NCBI GenBank assembly: GCA_051362555.1
Contig: CM120646.1
Location: 2,852,001-2,916,000, forward strand
Length of the DNA: 64,000 bases
Direction of reading: 5' to 3'
DNA from: Lingula anatina
Taxonomy: Eukaryota; Animalia; Brachiopoda
Shown here piece by piece: positions 62,784 to 64,000 of this stretch (the first letter of the stretch is position 1; each line of letters opens with the position of its first letter). The notes beneath the pieces were generated by a model. It did not search any database. It worked only from the letters and a program-made list of their open reading frames with translations, and had not been told where the DNA came from. Position numbers and translations under genes: made by a program.

Positions 62784-63074
62784 CTGAAAAAAAATTTTTT
62801 TTTTTTGTAATATTTCACATTGTATCTGTAATTATGAAATACAGATCTATTTATCTGACAGGCTTTATGTTGCTGTGTTAATTTTTTAATCGCCGTTGCT
62901 GCAGTGTAGTGTGCAGCTGCTACTAAGGATTGGACATTTTAAAATGCTTAACATGGCTTTGTCAATAGAAAGTTATTACAAATACAACTACAAAAAAGAT
63001 CGCTGATATGAATGTGGAAGGGTATTTTTTGCCCTTGGGGAAACACTGAATCCAAGAAGGCATGGAAAAAAAAG

Positions 63075-63147
<73 letters not shown>

Positions 63148-63184
63148 GTTGTGTCCTAATTGTACCAAGAAAGAACAAACTCAC

Positions 63185-63271
63185 CTGTATAGCTTTTTGA
63201 TATAATTCTTCAGATTCCTTTTGTAGCTCTTGGAGTGCCCTGTCTCTAGATGCTCTAGCTATGTTAATCGC
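63185..63271 (-). CDS. MRPL40: Mitochondrial ribosomal protein mL40, penultimate coding exon
   Basis: ttttag|GCG ... CAG|gtgagt; 87 nt, AINIARASRDRALQELQKESEELYQKAIQ (cf. ALEELxxESxxLyxxAI). Confidence 0.85.
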
Positions 63272-63609
63272 CTAAAAATTTAATATGAAATATAATAAAT
63301 AACATAGTAAATATAAAAAACATATAACTTGGAAGAGTACAAAGGAAAAGTCTAACTACTACCGAGTGAAGGAAAACATGGCCTTGAAAGTATATAATTA
63401 CAGGTATTTCTCTAAGTGTGAGTGAATGTTATGTGAATTTTTTATTATCCTGTATTTGTTATGTATTGAGCCAATAAAAAAATCTGTTGGAAAGTCATTG
63501 CCAGTAGTCAAAATATGCCACAAGACTGCTGAAGGCCCCAAAATTTGTTGTGAACTATATTCAGACCTACATTCCATAAAGGGCTCCTTAGTTCAAGTAA
63601 CACACTCAC

Positions 63610-63718
63610 TTTATTAACTTTCTTGTGTTCAATAAATCTGTATCTGCTCCAGTCTCGTAGTAAAACAGCACGCGTCTCCTGTGCCTCTGGGGTGATAACG
63701 GACCATCGTGCTCTCGTC
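63610..63718 (-). CDS. MRPL40: Mitochondrial ribosomal protein mL40, internal coding exon (5' exons lie beyond the window)
   Basis: tttgtag|G ... AAA|gtgagt; TRARWSVITPEAQETRAVLLRDWSRYRFIEHKK (cf. EExERRALLLKxWSxY); phases consistent with the next exons. Confidence 0.85.
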
Positions 63719-64000
63719 CTACAAAACACAATTAATGACGATAATAAAACCAAACAGATGCAGTTTAAAAAAATTCTGAAGTGATTTTCTGATAGTTAAA
63801 GGGATAACAACTCGTCATTTTGGCCAAAAAAATGGATTTTCCTGGGTAAAGGACAATTTTCCCCATACTTCCCAATGGTTATTAATAATAATAATAATAA
63901 TAATAATTTATTAAGATTGCAACCCAGTGGGTTGAAGTTGTATGTAGAGTGTTAAGAAAGTTATAATGAAAATAAAATGAATATATGCTTGAAAAAAACT

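Overview
Eukaryotic (invertebrate animal, probably lophotrochozoan/mollusc-like; inferred) genomic DNA: AT-rich, intron-containing and dense in microsatellites and MITEs. The centre holds an apparently complete ~20.6-kb minus-strand Helentron/Helitron2 rolling-circle transposon (about 23564-44185). Its ends match: a 5' hairpin/subTIR ATGTACAGACA at 44153-44180 and a 3' subTIR plus small hairpin plus TTGTTTT at 23564-23598. It encodes an uninterrupted 2713-aa RepHel polyprotein (17-aa basic repeat array, Cys-rich DUF6570-like region, unexplained basic insert, OTU protease, HUH Rep, PIF1 helicase, AP endonuclease). Its 10-kb 5' non-coding region is built from stacked duplications: a second, collapsed copy of its own 5' end, two nested non-autonomous Helentrons of another family whose 146-bp repeats carry perfect AGGTCA-A-AGGTCA (DR1) sites, and a CACTA-ended MITE whose empty site is present in the window. 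Host genes are an orphan single-pass membrane protein with PPxY/PSAP motifs (19936-20742, +), a collagen-containing C1q-like gene with three coding exons (46600-49037, -) and the last three exons of MRPL40 (62640-63718, -). All calls are by-eye motif recognition; no searches were run.
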